From positions 67,280-131,279 of the forward strand of contig JADDKJ010000002.1 in NCBI GenBank assembly GCA_033717875.1: DNA of 64,000 nucleotides. Direction: 5' to 3'. The position numbers and the translations under genes are program-made. Source of the stretch: Gammaproteobacteria bacterium. GTDB lineage: Bacteria; Pseudomonadota; Gammaproteobacteria; Ga0077554; Ga007554. The notes beneath the pieces are model-generated. The model searched no databases. It saw nothing but the letters and a program-made list of their open reading frames with translations, and was not told where the DNA came from. Each line of letters begins with the position of its first letter. The stretch's first letter is position 1. Shown piece by piece: positions 63,799-64,000 of this stretch.

Positions 63799-64000
63799 CA
63801 GAACTTGCCCTCCATCTCCGCCATTTGCGCGGAGCCCAGCACCGGCGCGGGCTTCAATCCCGCCTTGGCCTTGCTGGCATCGGCTTCGCCTTGTGCTTTC
63901 GCCTTGCGCGACGCCAGCCGGTAGCGGCGATCGGTCATGGCGACAAAGCCACCCAGCGCCATGAAGAACGTCCCACCCCAGATCCAGTCGACGAACGGCT
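63799..64000 (-). CDS. ccmF: Cytochrome c heme lyase subunit CcmF, C-terminal fragment (5' part outside the window)
   Basis: The reverse-strand translation '...PFVDWIWGGTFFMALGGFVAMTDRRYRL...' matches the CcmF C-terminus. Confidence 0.8.

Overview
High-GC (~65%) chromosomal segment, probably from a betaproteobacterium; the dapF-DUF484-xerC, rplU-rpmA-obg, accA-tilS and ccmFGHI blocks are housekeeping. The left end carries a complete type II-C CRISPR-Cas locus on the minus strand (cas9, cas1, cas2), a 14-repeat array of 36-bp repeats, and a divergently encoded candidate tracrRNA upstream of cas9. Two toxin-antitoxin pairs (a low-GC DUF4160/DUF2442 pair and a Phd/RelE pair) sit between a degenerate terminal repeat and the first intact repeat. 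The remainder holds housekeeping genes (cca, putA, tilS, accA, dnaE, ispB, rplU, rpmA, obg, aroE, hemB, ppa, dapF, xerC, ccmFGHI, tRNA-Pro), interleaved with a dense set of second-messenger signalling genes. These include a class I adenylate cyclase, a CHASE2 class III cyclase next to a FecR-TPR-beta-barrel outer-membrane-type protein, a Crp/Vfr-like regulator, several GGDEF/EAL proteins (one with a periplasmic CXXCH heme-c motif), a FIST protein, NsrR, and a large regulator with a C-terminal SARP-type DNA-binding domain. Other unusual items are an adenylate kinase fused to a roughly 270-aa Lys/Ala-rich histone H1-like tail, two tandem secreted Reg_prop beta-propeller proteins embedded in a cytochrome c / ccm block, and three families of REP/MITE-like palindromic repeats, one of which brackets a two-gene cassette as inverted copies. 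The best candidate for a previously undescribed system is the CHASE2-cyclase / FecR-TPR-barrel / lipoprotein / SARP-like-regulator cluster. The CRISPR locus with embedded TA cassettes and the Adk-H1 fusion are the other notable items.
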